A stretch of DNA of 64,000 nucleotides from an uncultured Mycoplasmatota bacterium (GTDB lineage: Bacteria > Bacillota_I > Bacilli_A > RF39 > UBA660), in the NCBI GenBank assembly GCA_900549325.1, contig UROI01000002.1, forward strand, positions 81 to 64,080, written 5' to 3'. Position numbers and translations under genes: made by a program. Positions 1-10,091 of the stretch are shown piece by piece. Position 1 is the first letter of the stretch, and each line of letters opens with the position of its first letter. The notes below the pieces were generated by a model. The model was not told the origin of the DNA. It searched no databases and saw nothing but the letters and a program-made list of their open reading frames with translations.

Positions 1-410
1 AAAATATAACCTACTATAATTAGGACTACTAGAGCTATTAAACCAATTATTAATTGCGGTACTCCAATTTTTCTCTTAGAACTTTTTGTATACGGTGATA
101 CTTTTTCATTTGAGACTACTTCACTTTTTTCTTTTTTAGCCTCTTTTATCATATCCACTGGTATCTTTGATGTTTCGTCAAATAAGTATTCATTAAATTC
201 ATCTAACATTTTATCACTGTCTAAGCCTAAATATTTGGCATAGTCTCTAATAAAATACTTTAGGTAGAATATGTCTTTGAAGTCATCTTTTCTTCCTTCT
301 TCAATACTCTCTATTTGTGAAGGTCTTAGTTTTAAGTCTTCAGCCACTTCATCAATAGATAAACCATTTTGTATTCTTTTTTCTTTTAATTTCAGTCCAA
401 TGTTTTTCAT
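1..410 (-). CDS. RodZ-like helix-turn-helix membrane protein (3' end cut by window edge)
   Basis: Manual minus-strand translation from ATG at 410-408, with AAGGAG-type RBS just upstream: MKNIGLKLKEKRIQNGLSIDEVAEDLKLRPSQIESIEEGR. XRE-type HTH followed by a hydrophobic segment. Frame stays open to position 1. Confidence 0.7.
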   Translation of the reverse strand, partial: MKNIGLKLKEKRIQNGLSIDEVAEDLKLRPSQIESIEEGRKDDFKDIFYLKYFIRDYAKYLGLDSDKMLDEFNEYLFDETSKIPVDMIKEAKKEKSEVVSNEKVSPYTKSSKRKIGVPQLIIGLIALVVLIIVGYI

Positions 411-429
411 ACTTCTCCTTAATAATAAT

Positions 430-772
430 AAATCTTATAAGCCATGTTCTGTACCTATTGCTAGGCGGTAAATATTTATCTATGACATAATGTCATTCTT
501 CTTTGGATTCTTGTTCTCCTTGGAAGATTCCCCTACCATATTTTGGGTTTCTCGCTTGCGGGGTTTACCTCGTTTCATTCTACGAATTTCTTCATAGACT
601 CGTTTCTGTGGCACTTTATATCCATTTTATCATAGTTTCCCTTAGATAAAACGAATGCCGTCAGTTACCTGCCTTAGGTTATTTTTTCCCTAAGCACAAA
701 CACTACTATCATCACAGATAGTGCGAGCATGGACTTTCCTCTACATAATTATATGCAGCATTTACCCAGATA
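430..772 (-). ncRNA. rnpB: RNase P RNA, Bacillus-type (type B)
   Basis: Minus strand carries the universal blocks GAGGAAAGTCCATGCTCGCAC, AAGTGCCACAGAAACG, GGTAAACCCCGCAAGCGAGAAACCCAAA, GGTAGGGGAA and the 3' ACAGAACATGGCTTA. These align to the B. subtilis rnpB layout. Ends are approximate. Confidence 0.9.
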
Positions 773-774
773 AA

Positions 775-1098
775 TTATTGTTCTGATTTTCCTAAAATTA
801 TCTTCTCTAACTGAGATATTCTTCTTAATAAATCAACATTTGTTATTTCTTTTTCGCCAATTCTAGCAGCTTCAATACTTGATCTTAAATTTCTTGCTTC
901 ATTTTTTAGATTTTGATTTTCAAGAGCTAGAGCTCTTTTTTCTTTTTCTAGGTTTTTTATAATATTATTATATTCATTATAATCCTTAATAATAATATCT
1001 AAAAATTTATCTACTTCTTGCGGTCTATATCCTCTGGCATCTATTTTGAATTCCTTCTCTAAAATATCTTGCATAGTTAAAGTAATTCTATCATTCAT
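775..1098 (-). CDS. gpsB: Cell-cycle protein GpsB (DivIVA-domain)
   Basis: 107 aa. ILEKEFKIDARGYRPQEVDKFLDIIIKDY and the C-terminal LLRRISQLEKIILG closely mirror B. subtilis GpsB. Confidence 0.85.
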   Translation of the reverse strand: MNDRITLTMQDILEKEFKIDARGYRPQEVDKFLDIIIKDYNEYNNIIKNLEKEKRALALENQNLKNEARNLRSSIEAARIGEKEITNVDLLRRISQLEKIILGKSEQ

Positions 1099-1119
1099 TT
1101 AAACCACCTCTATAATAAA

Positions 1120-1148
1120 ATTATCTCAAAAAAAATATTATTTGTCAA
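1120..1148 (-). promoter_or_regulatory. Candidate sigma-A promoter of gpsB
   Basis: Minus strand reads TTGACA, 17 nt, GATAAT, about 20 nt upstream of the GAGGTGG RBS. Confidence 0.45.
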
Positions 1149-1261
1149 TTAAAAAGAAGTTCTTTTTAACTAGTTATAATTCTACCACAAATATGTAATA
1201 ATGTCAAAAAAATATGGTAGAAAAATTTTACCAATTGTTAAATAAAAGTAAGTACCATGAT

Positions 1262-3061
1262 TTATAGGTACTTATCTATTATTTCTAGTAATTTATCTTT
1301 GTTTATTGGTTTTAAAAGGTAACCAGCAAAGCCATACTTTAGGTATTCTTCGTTATATTCGTATTCGTTATTTCTGGTTAATAATATTACTTTGGTATTG
1401 AAATCTCTGATATCTTTAAATTTTTTCATAACAGTCTTTCCATCTAGTGGATCCATTACTTCATCTAATAGAATTAGGTCATATTTTTCTTTGCTTCTGA
1501 TTTTATCTAGGGCTTCTTTACCTAGACTTACATAATCTAATTCTATATTGGTATCTTTTAGTAATTTACTTATTATCTTATTAGTGGAAACATTGTCATC
1601 TACAAGTAGGATTCTTTTCTTATCATAGGTATTTTCATATTTAGTTAGCTTTTCATTATCTGGTTCTCCTAGTTTCTGGTCTAAAACTATTTTCATTGTA
1701 GTACCTTCATTATAATTACTACTGGCAATGATAGTACCTCCCATTAGGGTGATTAGTTTTTTAGCGGTATATAAATTACTCTTAATATTACTTCCGTCTA
1801 TTTCTTCTCTATTTTTATAAAAGATGGTATTTAATTTATCGGGAGTTATACCAATACCGGAATCCTCTATGGTTATTATTAGTCTTACTATATTATTTTT
1901 TATGATGGTACTTACATTTAATTCTACATAACCATTACTTGTATATTTAACACTATTATCTAGAATGCTAGCTAGGACATTCTTAAGTCCTAGACTATCA
2001 CCATATAAATATTCTGGTAAAGTGCTATCAATGTTACTTCTGAAAGTTAAATTCTTTTCTTTGCATTTATCGTTATATAGTGTTACTAATCTTCTTAATA
2101 ATAGTTTTATATTATACTTTTCATCATATACTTTGATACTCGCATTATCTATACTAGATACATCTAATATTTCATTAGTCATTGTGGTAAATCTAGCGGT
2201 ATTTTCTTTGATACCTCTTAAGCATTCACTCATATAGTCTTTGTCTATTTTTTTACTATCTAATTCAAGTATAGCATTATTGGCATCATTATTTATATCT
2301 TTGGTAATTGCTCTTATATCGTTAGTCATATTATATAAAAACATTGCTTTATCTTCATTAGCGTTATCGGCAATTTCTTTGGCTTTATGATATTCCTCAA
2401 TCATTTTTACATCAGGGTTTTCAATGGTGAAGTACATAAGGAATGTTATAAAGGCATGAATTGGAGTGGCTAATAGTAAACCAGGACTCATATACTGAAT
2501 ATAAGATGCTACGCCACCCACTACTAAGAATAATAATATTGGAAAGAAACGTCTGTCTTTAATATTTTTGATATTTCTTATTAGTGCAAAAATACCAATA
2601 AAGGAGTACAAAAAGGCTGATATATATATAATGTTAACACTTGGACCATAAGTATATGCTATATAACCATCATATTTAAAATTAAGTGGTAAGATAAAAT
2701 TTAATGTGGCAAATATTATCATTAATGCTATTGCTGTATTTCTTACTATGGGAATATATTTATCTTTTTTTCTTATATTAAGACAGACAAATAAAACATA
2801 ACATAGTAAAATAGTTATCCAAAGTTCCACTACTAATGAATAGAATCTTGCTACAAAGTAACTTACTTTAGGAATGGTTTGATACATTGGTCCTACGATG
2901 TCTAAAACAAATTCTAACAAAAGTTCAAAAAAGGAAACGCCAACAAGTATTGAGTAGACTTTGTTTTCTTTACTTTTATAGACTTGTTTTCTAAAGTAAA
3001 CTATCAGTAATAGTACTGAATAAAATATTGCTTCGATTAAGAAATATATTCCTGTATACAT
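1262..3061 (-). CDS. Membrane-bound hybrid histidine kinase / response regulator with atypical H-box
   Basis: 599 aa. Multi-TM N-terminus, HisKA-like segment FLYNMTNDIRAIT, HATPase_c N-box LDNSVKYT and G1 DSGIGI. C-terminal receiver has VDDN, LLDE, T and K residues. Confidence 0.8.
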   Translation of the reverse strand: MYTGIYFLIEAIFYSVLLLIVYFRKQVYKSKENKVYSILVGVSFFELLLEFVLDIVGPMYQTIPKVSYFVARFYSLVVELWITILLCYVLFVCLNIRKKDKYIPIVRNTAIALMIIFATLNFILPLNFKYDGYIAYTYGPSVNIIYISAFLYSFIGIFALIRNIKNIKDRRFFPILLFLVVGGVASYIQYMSPGLLLATPIHAFITFLMYFTIENPDVKMIEEYHKAKEIADNANEDKAMFLYNMTNDIRAITKDINNDANNAILELDSKKIDKDYMSECLRGIKENTARFTTMTNEILDVSSIDNASIKVYDEKYNIKLLLRRLVTLYNDKCKEKNLTFRSNIDSTLPEYLYGDSLGLKNVLASILDNSVKYTSNGYVELNVSTIIKNNIVRLIITIEDSGIGITPDKLNTIFYKNREEIDGSNIKSNLYTAKKLITLMGGTIIASSNYNEGTTMKIVLDQKLGEPDNEKLTKYENTYDKKRILLVDDNVSTNKIISKLLKDTNIELDYVSLGKEALDKIRSKEKYDLILLDEVMDPLDGKTVMKKFKDIRDFNTKVILLTRNNEYEYNEEYLKYGFAGYLLKPINKDKLLEIIDKYL

Positions 3062-3136
3062 AAAACCAACTCCTTATTTTTTCTATAATAAGTATACAAA
3101 AATTTTTAATTTTTTACAATAGAAAAAGAAGAAAAA

Positions 3137-4882
3137 TTATTTTAGTTCTTTCTTCTTTGATTTGGTATTAGATTCTTTTTTAGCCATTTCTTCAAGTAAA
3201 ACATAATTTACTTTATCAGCTTTAGTTAGTGGTAGTTCATCTAAAAATTCTATGCTTTCTGGAACTTCAAATGGTTTTAATTGAATTGTTTCTCCTGATG
3301 TACTATCATATATTTGTTTATAACATTCTCCAATAATATAATCACTTACTTCTTTAGTAGGCATTATACCATCTTTTAATACTACGTAGGCTTTATTTGT
3401 AAATAGTAAGTCTTTGTCAGGTTTTGGCACAACACAGCAGGATTCAACTACATCAATTAGTGATATAAATTTTTGAATATGTCCTAAATATACTTTATTT
3501 AAGTCAGATCTTATATAATATCTAGAACTTCTTCCTGTTAATTTAAAATATCCATCTTCATCTAAAATGCCCATATTACCAGTCTTATAATATTCTCTAC
3601 CTTTATAATTAAATTTTGTCTCTTTAGTTTTTTCTTCATCATCATAATAGCATTTAAATACATGTTTACCAGATTGACATAGCATTCCTTCTTTACCGTA
3701 ATCTAATTTTTCCATAGTATTTGGATCTACTATAATTGACTTTGTGCCCGCAAGTACTCTACCTACTGTTTCAGGTCTGTTTATAGAACCAACTGCCATG
3801 GTATTGGTACCACATGTTTCAGCATTTCCTGAACCATTGCATATTATGACGTTAGCATCATGTTTTTTAAAGAAAGCTACACCTTCAGCATTTTGCGATG
3901 GCGACAAAAAGTCACCGCCTGATACAAAAGTATGAACCGATGATAAATTATCTGTCGGCAATGAGTTTCTTTTTATTAGTTCTAAGAGTGCTGGACTACC
4001 AAAAATGTAATTTGGATATTTAGACAAGTAATATCTAATGTTATCTTTTGTTAAGTTTGGAGCTAGTATTCCTGTTCTACCACATAATAAGCTCATTATT
4101 GTAGATGTATCTAAACCGTATGGATAAGAAAATGGTACACATACTAAACATCTTTCTCCTGGCTCCGCTTTTATTTTTCCAGTATTCTTCATATAGATTC
4201 CTGAAGCTAAGATATTTTCATTTGTTAGAACAACGCTTTTGGGATTACCTGTTGAACCACTTGTAAATAATATTTGAGCATCATTTTTACCACTATAAAG
4301 TGTATAAATAGGCTTTTTATAATAACTTGATACTTTGCCTATATCACTAAATGTTAAAAAGTCATTGTATCCATTGGCATTAGTAATTGTGTTTCTATAA
4401 TTTTTCGTATTTATTTCATCTTGTTTTAATGTAAGAATATTTTTTACTCTACTACTGGCAGTAATCTTCTTGTTATATTCTTCATCTTTATCGTAGTTTA
4501 TAAATAATGTTGATTCAAATTCATTTAAGTATCCTAGTACCTCTTCGATTGAAGACATTGAATTAATAAATGTAGTTATGGCTCCTATTCGATTGGCTGC
4601 AAGAAATGTTATTACCCCTTGATAGTAATTAGGCATTGATACAGATATTATATCTCCTTTTTTTATTCCTAATTCCTTTAAAGCTTTAGACATAGTTATA
4701 GCATCCTTTAGCATCTCATCATAACTTACAGTTAAATCTAAACAATCAATTGCTTCGACATCTCTATAAAATGTACTTAGTAAACTAATAGCATTATAAA
4801 TACTCATATCTGGTATGATAGGATGTCTTTCTGAAAAACTGTAATCATTATTTATAGTTTTCTTCTTGTGACCTTGTTCCAT
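3137..4882 (-). CDS. AMP-dependent synthetase/ligase (acyl-CoA synthetase-like)
   Basis: AMP-binding motif TSGSTGNPKSV plus YKTGNMG and later adenylation-domain motifs. Start moved to MEQGHKK (ATG 4882), preceded by AAGGGAG. Confidence 0.85.
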   Translation of the reverse strand: MEQGHKKKTINNDYSFSERHPIIPDMSIYNAISLLSTFYRDVEAIDCLDLTVSYDEMLKDAITMSKALKELGIKKGDIISVSMPNYYQGVITFLAANRIGAITTFINSMSSIEEVLGYLNEFESTLFINYDKDEEYNKKITASSRVKNILTLKQDEINTKNYRNTITNANGYNDFLTFSDIGKVSSYYKKPIYTLYSGKNDAQILFTSGSTGNPKSVVLTNENILASGIYMKNTGKIKAEPGERCLVCVPFSYPYGLDTSTIMSLLCGRTGILAPNLTKDNIRYYLSKYPNYIFGSPALLELIKRNSLPTDNLSSVHTFVSGGDFLSPSQNAEGVAFFKKHDANVIICNGSGNAETCGTNTMAVGSINRPETVGRVLAGTKSIIVDPNTMEKLDYGKEGMLCQSGKHVFKCYYDDEEKTKETKFNYKGREYYKTGNMGILDEDGYFKLTGRSSRYYIRSDLNKVYLGHIQKFISLIDVVESCCVVPKPDKDLLFTNKAYVVLKDGIMPTKEVSDYIIGECYKQIYDSTSGETIQLKPFEVPESIEFLDELPLTKADKVNYVLLEEMAKKESNTKSKKKELK

Positions 4883-4976
4883 ATAATCACGCTCCCTTTT
4901 CACGCCAATATTATATAATAATTTTATTAAATTGTAAAGAAAAAGTTTATAATCAAAAAATGATAGAAGACATGTT

Positions 4977-6329
4977 TTATCTTCTACCACTTACTTTGTG
5001 TTCTTTTTTCTCATTTGCCACAATATTGCTGATTAGGCTATCTTCTTGAGACTCATTTTCTTTTAATTTTCTTATTAGTAATTCTGATGGGACAATAAAG
5101 CCTAGTTCACTTCTGTAACCTGATGTATTTGTAAATCCTGATAAATCTTTCTCATCTACAAATTTCTTTATGGCACCATGCATTTGTTTATCACCATATT
5201 TTATTTTTGTCTCAATAGCGGCATTTATTAGTGCATCATAACCCATTTCTAATAAATATTCTTGTAGTACTTCTTTAGGATAATACTTATCTATCATATA
5301 TCTTATTTTATTATTTCTAGTAAAGGCTCTTATATTATCCCTATCTATATAATCCATTATTACTCTGTGTAAATATTCTATGCTGTTGTTTATTTTATCA
5401 CTGGCATCATAACTATTTTTTAATGCTACGAATATTTCTCTTAGGGCTTTTTTCTTTATTTCGACTAATTCATCACTAGTATATTCATACTTATCTCCAG
5501 GTCTAAACTTTTTCATTTTTTGATATTCTTCAATATCTTCTAGTGATAAGTCACTTTCTATATTTTTCTTTACCATACCTGAAACTAGTACAAAATCTTG
5601 ATACATTCGCATATCTTTTAAATCATATAATAAGTAATAATAATGCCAGTTTTTCCCTTCAAAATTACTTAATTCTTCTTTTATAAAATTGGCAAAATCT
5701 CTTGTTGTCACTAGATGTAATGTACCATTCATTTTTTTATCATATAAATATTTATCTAGTAATTTAGCTAATACACGATTATATGATATTTGACCATCAA
5801 TACATGTATTTATTCCTTGTACTTCTGGTATAAATGGATTACCTGTATTTAGGTCTTTTTTATGTTTTTTTATTGCATACTCTATGATTTCGTTTATGTC
5901 TTCTTTATTGGTAGTTCTAATTGTTAGGGTATCATTAGCATGAAAATTTCTTACTTTACACTGCATAGCAATTTTCTTTTTTATAGCAAAATCTATTATA
6001 GATGTTGCTACTTTATATACTTTTGAAGCCTCTAGTGGTAAGTATATTTTTATTCCATCTCCCATAACAAACATATTTTCATATTCTTCACTGCTATTGG
6101 GAGTATCTATAACTAGAAAATTAGGAAATGGTGTTACTCTTAATTTTTTCTTTTTTTCATCTTTGATGTAATCATTTCTTATTTTGGTTTGAGCCCCTAG
6201 TAGGCTTTCGCCAGTACTATTGCGGCTATTTATATAATCGCTTATTGTTTTATCGTTTGGACAAGGAGTATTTTGATAAATAGAAGATAATTTATTTAAT
6301 ATTTCTTCTCTTTCTATGCCTCTACTCAC
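4977..6329 (-). CDS. Hypothetical protein, 450 aa, no family recognised
   Basis: Long uninterrupted ORF with a GTG start overlapping the stop of an upstream micro-ORF. Sits between PFOR and the AMP-ligase on the same strand. Confidence 0.6.
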   Translation of the reverse strand: MSRGIEREEILNKLSSIYQNTPCPNDKTISDYINSRNSTGESLLGAQTKIRNDYIKDEKKKKLRVTPFPNFLVIDTPNSSEEYENMFVMGDGIKIYLPLEASKVYKVATSIIDFAIKKKIAMQCKVRNFHANDTLTIRTTNKEDINEIIEYAIKKHKKDLNTGNPFIPEVQGINTCIDGQISYNRVLAKLLDKYLYDKKMNGTLHLVTTRDFANFIKEELSNFEGKNWHYYYLLYDLKDMRMYQDFVLVSGMVKKNIESDLSLEDIEEYQKMKKFRPGDKYEYTSDELVEIKKKALREIFVALKNSYDASDKINNSIEYLHRVIMDYIDRDNIRAFTRNNKIRYMIDKYYPKEVLQEYLLEMGYDALINAAIETKIKYGDKQMHGAIKKFVDEKDLSGFTNTSGYRSELGFIVPSELLIRKLKENESQEDSLISNIVANEKKEHKVSGRR

Positions 6330-6408
6330 TGTCTTTTATTTCCTTTACGATTTCTGTTAAGTCTATTGTGTCTTCAAGAAATATTATTCTTTCTTTACTT
6401 TCTTCCAT
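6322..6408 (-). CDS. Possible 28-aa micro-ORF (MEESKERIIFLEDTIDLTEIVKEIKDSE)
   Basis: ATG lies 4 nt after the PFOR stop, with GAGGAG inside the PFOR 3' end as RBS. Its TAG overlaps the GTG start of the 450-aa ORF (GTGAGTAG). Confidence 0.25.
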   Translation of the reverse strand: MEESKERIIFLEDTIDLTEIVKEIKDSE

Positions 6409-6411
6409 ATT

Positions 6412-9400
6412 TTACTCCTCACTTATCTTTTTGTAATAATTATACCTATCTATAGCCCACTGTTTTTGCTCTTCTAATAATAGACTGGCACGTTCTTTAT
6501 CTTTTCTTACTAGGCTGGCAAATCTGTTTTCAGTCATTAAATAATCCTCATATTTATCAAATTCTGGTTCTTTAGAATCTAGGCTAAATTTCTTTGTATC
6601 TGGATTATATCTGAATGTTAAGAAATATCCACATTTAGTGGCAAGATAACCATTTGACTGAGAATGTTGCATACCTGTTTTGATACCATGCTCAATACAT
6701 GGAGAATAAGCTATTATTAATGATGGACCATTATGAAGGCTGGCTTCTTTGATAGCTTTTAGATACTGCTCTTTGTTATAACCTATATTTACTGAGGCTA
6801 CATATACATGTGGATAGCACATTGCTATTCTAGCTAAATCTTTCTTATAATTATCTTTACCATTTGATGTAAATGACGCTACTGAGCCGATATTTGATGA
6901 TTTTGATGATTGTCCTCCAGTATTTGAATATACTTCAGTATCAAGTACTAGAATATTTATATTATCTTTCTTTGATAGTACATGATCTAGACCGCCATAT
7001 CCAATATCATAGGCAAAGCCATCTCCTCCTAGAACCCATAACTGTTTAGGCAAGATATAATCTTTCATATCATTTAAATATGGATGTTTTTTATAATCAA
7101 TGCTTTCTTTTACTTCTTTGCAGATATCATAGTTATCCATATTTTCTATCCATTTTTTAAATAGTTTATTTCTTGGATATTCTTTCATGTATTTTTTTAT
7201 TTTATCTCTTTTGATATTTATACCTTGAAGAATACCATAGCCATATTCGGTATTATCTTCAAATAGTGAACTAGCCCAAGGTATACTATATGGCATACTT
7301 GGAACTGATCCTGAATATATTGATGAACAACCTGTAGCATTGGCTATTATTAGATTATCATTAAATACTCTGGTTAAATTTGTTATATATGGTGTTTCTC
7401 CGCAGCCTGCACAAGCACCAGAATATTCAAATTTTGGCTCTTTGAAACTTACATTCTTTACTGTTAATAAATTACTTTGATATTTATCATTAACATTGTT
7501 TTTAAGTAGATATTCAAAATTACTTTCTTTATCTTTATTTGGTACCATCTCCAAGGCTTTCTTACCTAGTTTTCCTGGGCAAGCTAAGGCACATACACCA
7601 CAGCCTGTACACTGTTCATAATTTATTCCAATAGTAAATTCTTTATCTTTTGGTAATAATGATGGTATGCTTTCTACTTTGCTATCTTTTTTATCTAGAA
7701 GGAATGGTCTTATTACACCATGTGGACAAGAAAATGCACACTGATTACATTCTATACAGTTTTCGCTTATCCAACAAGGAACTTCTTCGGCAATGTTTCT
7801 TTTTTCATCCTTAGTAGTGGCTCCTTCAAAAATACCTTCTTTATTTTTTATAAAACTACTTACTGGTAATGTATCTCCTTTAAGTAAATTTATACTTTCA
7901 TTAAAGTTTAATTTTTTATTATCTTTATATTCTAAATCTTTCCATTCTTCTGGTACTTCAAAAGTAGTTAAATATTCTAGTGAATTATCTATTACTTTAT
8001 TATTAATTTCTACGATTTTATCTCCTTTTGAGGCAAATCTTAGTTTATTATTTTCCTTTAGTATTTTTATTACTTTATTTATATCATAGATATTCATTAT
8101 TTTAAATATACATACTTCCATACAAGTATTTATTTTATTCTTTAAGCCTAGAGAGTTGGCTATTTTATAAGCATCTATAATGTATACTTTGATATTTTTA
8201 TCTTTTAATAGTCTTTTTACTTTATTTGGTAAAGACTTTGCTAAGTCTTCTTTACTTAGACTAGTGTTTAATAGTAGTATTCCATTTTGTTTTAGGTTAT
8301 CTATGATATCGTATTTATAAATATATGTGTCTTTTGATACTACAATGAAATCTGGATTATCGATGTAATAGGTACTTTTTATTGGGCTCTCAGAAATACG
8401 AAGGTGACTGCGAGTTACTCCTCCAGATTTTTTGGAATCATATTGGAAATATCCTTGAACATATTTTGGAGTGGCATCCCCGATTACTTTTAGAATATCT
8501 TTTGATGTTCCAACCATTCCATCTGAACCATAGCCATATATTATCATTTGGTAATTATGATTATCTAGTTTAAAATTATTATCTATATCAAGACTCAAAT
8601 TGGTTACATCATCGTTTATACCAATAGTGAAATTATTCTTCATATCTTTATTTAGGTTATCATAAACTGCTTTTATCATACTTGGAGTTGTATTTTTAGA
8701 AGATAATCCATATCTTCCACCGATTACTTTAATATTAGTATCTTTTAAGGCGTTGACAACATCTAGATATAGAGGTTCTCCTGAAGAACCTGGCTCTTTA
8801 GTACGATCTAGTACTGCGACTTTTTCTACTGTACTTGGTAATACCTCAAGTAAATGTTTAATACTAAATGGTCTATATAAATGAACTTTTATTAAACCAA
8901 CATTATAGCCATTTTTATTTAATTTATCTATAGTTTCTTCAATACATTCACAGACTGAACCCATAGCCACGATTACTTCTTTAGCAGTGCTACTACCATA
9001 ATAGTTAAATGGTTTATAATCTTTCTTTACTATTTTACCTACTTTTTTCATGTAATCTATGGTAATATCTACAGCATCTTCATAATATTTGTTTCTTACT
9101 TCAGTATTTTGGAAGTAAATATCGTCATTTTCTGCTGTTCCTCTTTCATTTGGATTTTCATTACTTAAAGCTCTTTCTCTAAAATTTCTTAAGGCTTTTT
9201 TATCTATAAGTGGCTCTAAGCGGGATAAGTCTACTTCTTTTACTTTATCTATTTCATGACTAGTTCTGAAGCCATCAAAGAAATTAACAAATGGTAATGA
9301 TGCCTTGATACTTGATAAATGAGCTATCATAGCCATATGATAAGCTTCTTCTACTGATGATGATGATAACATACATACACCGGTACTTCTTACGCTATAA

Positions 9401-9786
9401 ATATCTTGATGATCTCCAAAAATACTTAAAGCATGAGTAGATAAACTACGTGCAGCTACATGGATTACTCCGGGTAACATTTCTCCTGATAACTTGTATA
9501 ATGTAGGTATCATTAATAATAGGCCTTGACTTGCTGTAAAAGTGCTAGCTAAAATACCACTTTGTAAAGCACCATGAACTGTAGCTACTGCTCCAGCCTC
9601 TGACTGCATTTCTACTACTTTTACTCTATTTCCAAAAAAGTTTATTTCTCCGTTACTACTCAATACATCTATTTTTTCAGCCATTGGTGAAGCTGGAGTA
9701 ATTGGATATATTCCCGCTAGTTCAATAAATTTATAGGCTACTCTAGCTACGGCTTCATTGGCATCTAATACTTTATATTTAGTCAT
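6412..9786 (-). CDS. nifJ: Pyruvate:ferredoxin (flavodoxin) oxidoreductase
   Basis: About 1120 aa single-chain PFOR. Two 4Fe-4S ferredoxin motifs (CIECNQCAFSCPHG, CTGCGVCALACPG) and the TPP region GGDGFAYDIGYGGLDH. Confidence 0.95.
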   Translation of the reverse strand: MTKYKVLDANEAVARVAYKFIELAGIYPITPASPMAEKIDVLSSNGEINFFGNRVKVVEMQSEAGAVATVHGALQSGILASTFTASQGLLLMIPTLYKLSGEMLPGVIHVAARSLSTHALSIFGDHQDIYSVRSTGVCMLSSSSVEEAYHMAMIAHLSSIKASLPFVNFFDGFRTSHEIDKVKEVDLSRLEPLIDKKALRNFRERALSNENPNERGTAENDDIYFQNTEVRNKYYEDAVDITIDYMKKVGKIVKKDYKPFNYYGSSTAKEVIVAMGSVCECIEETIDKLNKNGYNVGLIKVHLYRPFSIKHLLEVLPSTVEKVAVLDRTKEPGSSGEPLYLDVVNALKDTNIKVIGGRYGLSSKNTTPSMIKAVYDNLNKDMKNNFTIGINDDVTNLSLDIDNNFKLDNHNYQMIIYGYGSDGMVGTSKDILKVIGDATPKYVQGYFQYDSKKSGGVTRSHLRISESPIKSTYYIDNPDFIVVSKDTYIYKYDIIDNLKQNGILLLNTSLSKEDLAKSLPNKVKRLLKDKNIKVYIIDAYKIANSLGLKNKINTCMEVCIFKIMNIYDINKVIKILKENNKLRFASKGDKIVEINNKVIDNSLEYLTTFEVPEEWKDLEYKDNKKLNFNESINLLKGDTLPVSSFIKNKEGIFEGATTKDEKRNIAEEVPCWISENCIECNQCAFSCPHGVIRPFLLDKKDSKVESIPSLLPKDKEFTIGINYEQCTGCGVCALACPGKLGKKALEMVPNKDKESNFEYLLKNNVNDKYQSNLLTVKNVSFKEPKFEYSGACAGCGETPYITNLTRVFNDNLIIANATGCSSIYSGSVPSMPYSIPWASSLFEDNTEYGYGILQGINIKRDKIKKYMKEYPRNKLFKKWIENMDNYDICKEVKESIDYKKHPYLNDMKDYILPKQLWVLGGDGFAYDIGYGGLDHVLSKKDNINILVLDTEVYSNTGGQSSKSSNIGSVASFTSNGKDNYKKDLARIAMCYPHVYVASVNIGYNKEQYLKAIKEASLHNGPSLIIAYSPCIEHGIKTGMQHSQSNGYLATKCGYFLTFRYNPDTKKFSLDSKEPEFDKYEDYLMTENRFASLVRKDKERASLLLEEQKQWAIDRYNYYKKISEE

Positions 9787-9823
9787 ATATATCACTCTTT
9801 TCTTATTATAACTATACGATATA

Positions 9824-9832
9824 ATTTTATCA
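9824..9832 (-). promoter_or_regulatory. Candidate extended -10 promoter element for PFOR
   Basis: Minus strand reads TGATAAAAT about 35 nt upstream of the PFOR start. No clear -35. Confidence 0.35.
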
Positions 9833-10091
9833 TAAATGTATTAAAATAACAACTGAATATGTATAAGTTTTCTCAATTCTCAATGTAAAATTTTTATTTT
9901 TGCTTTTTCACTCTTTAACACTAATCTTGTAGCTATTTAATCCTGCCTGACTTTACAAATATGTTTTAAAATAGGAAATTTTTTGATTTAAAACTGTTAA
10001 CTCTACCATTTTTTATATCCTTGTAAAATGTTTATAAGATTTTTATATACTAAACATATGTACTAAACTACAATCAAGTATATAGTTCTTG

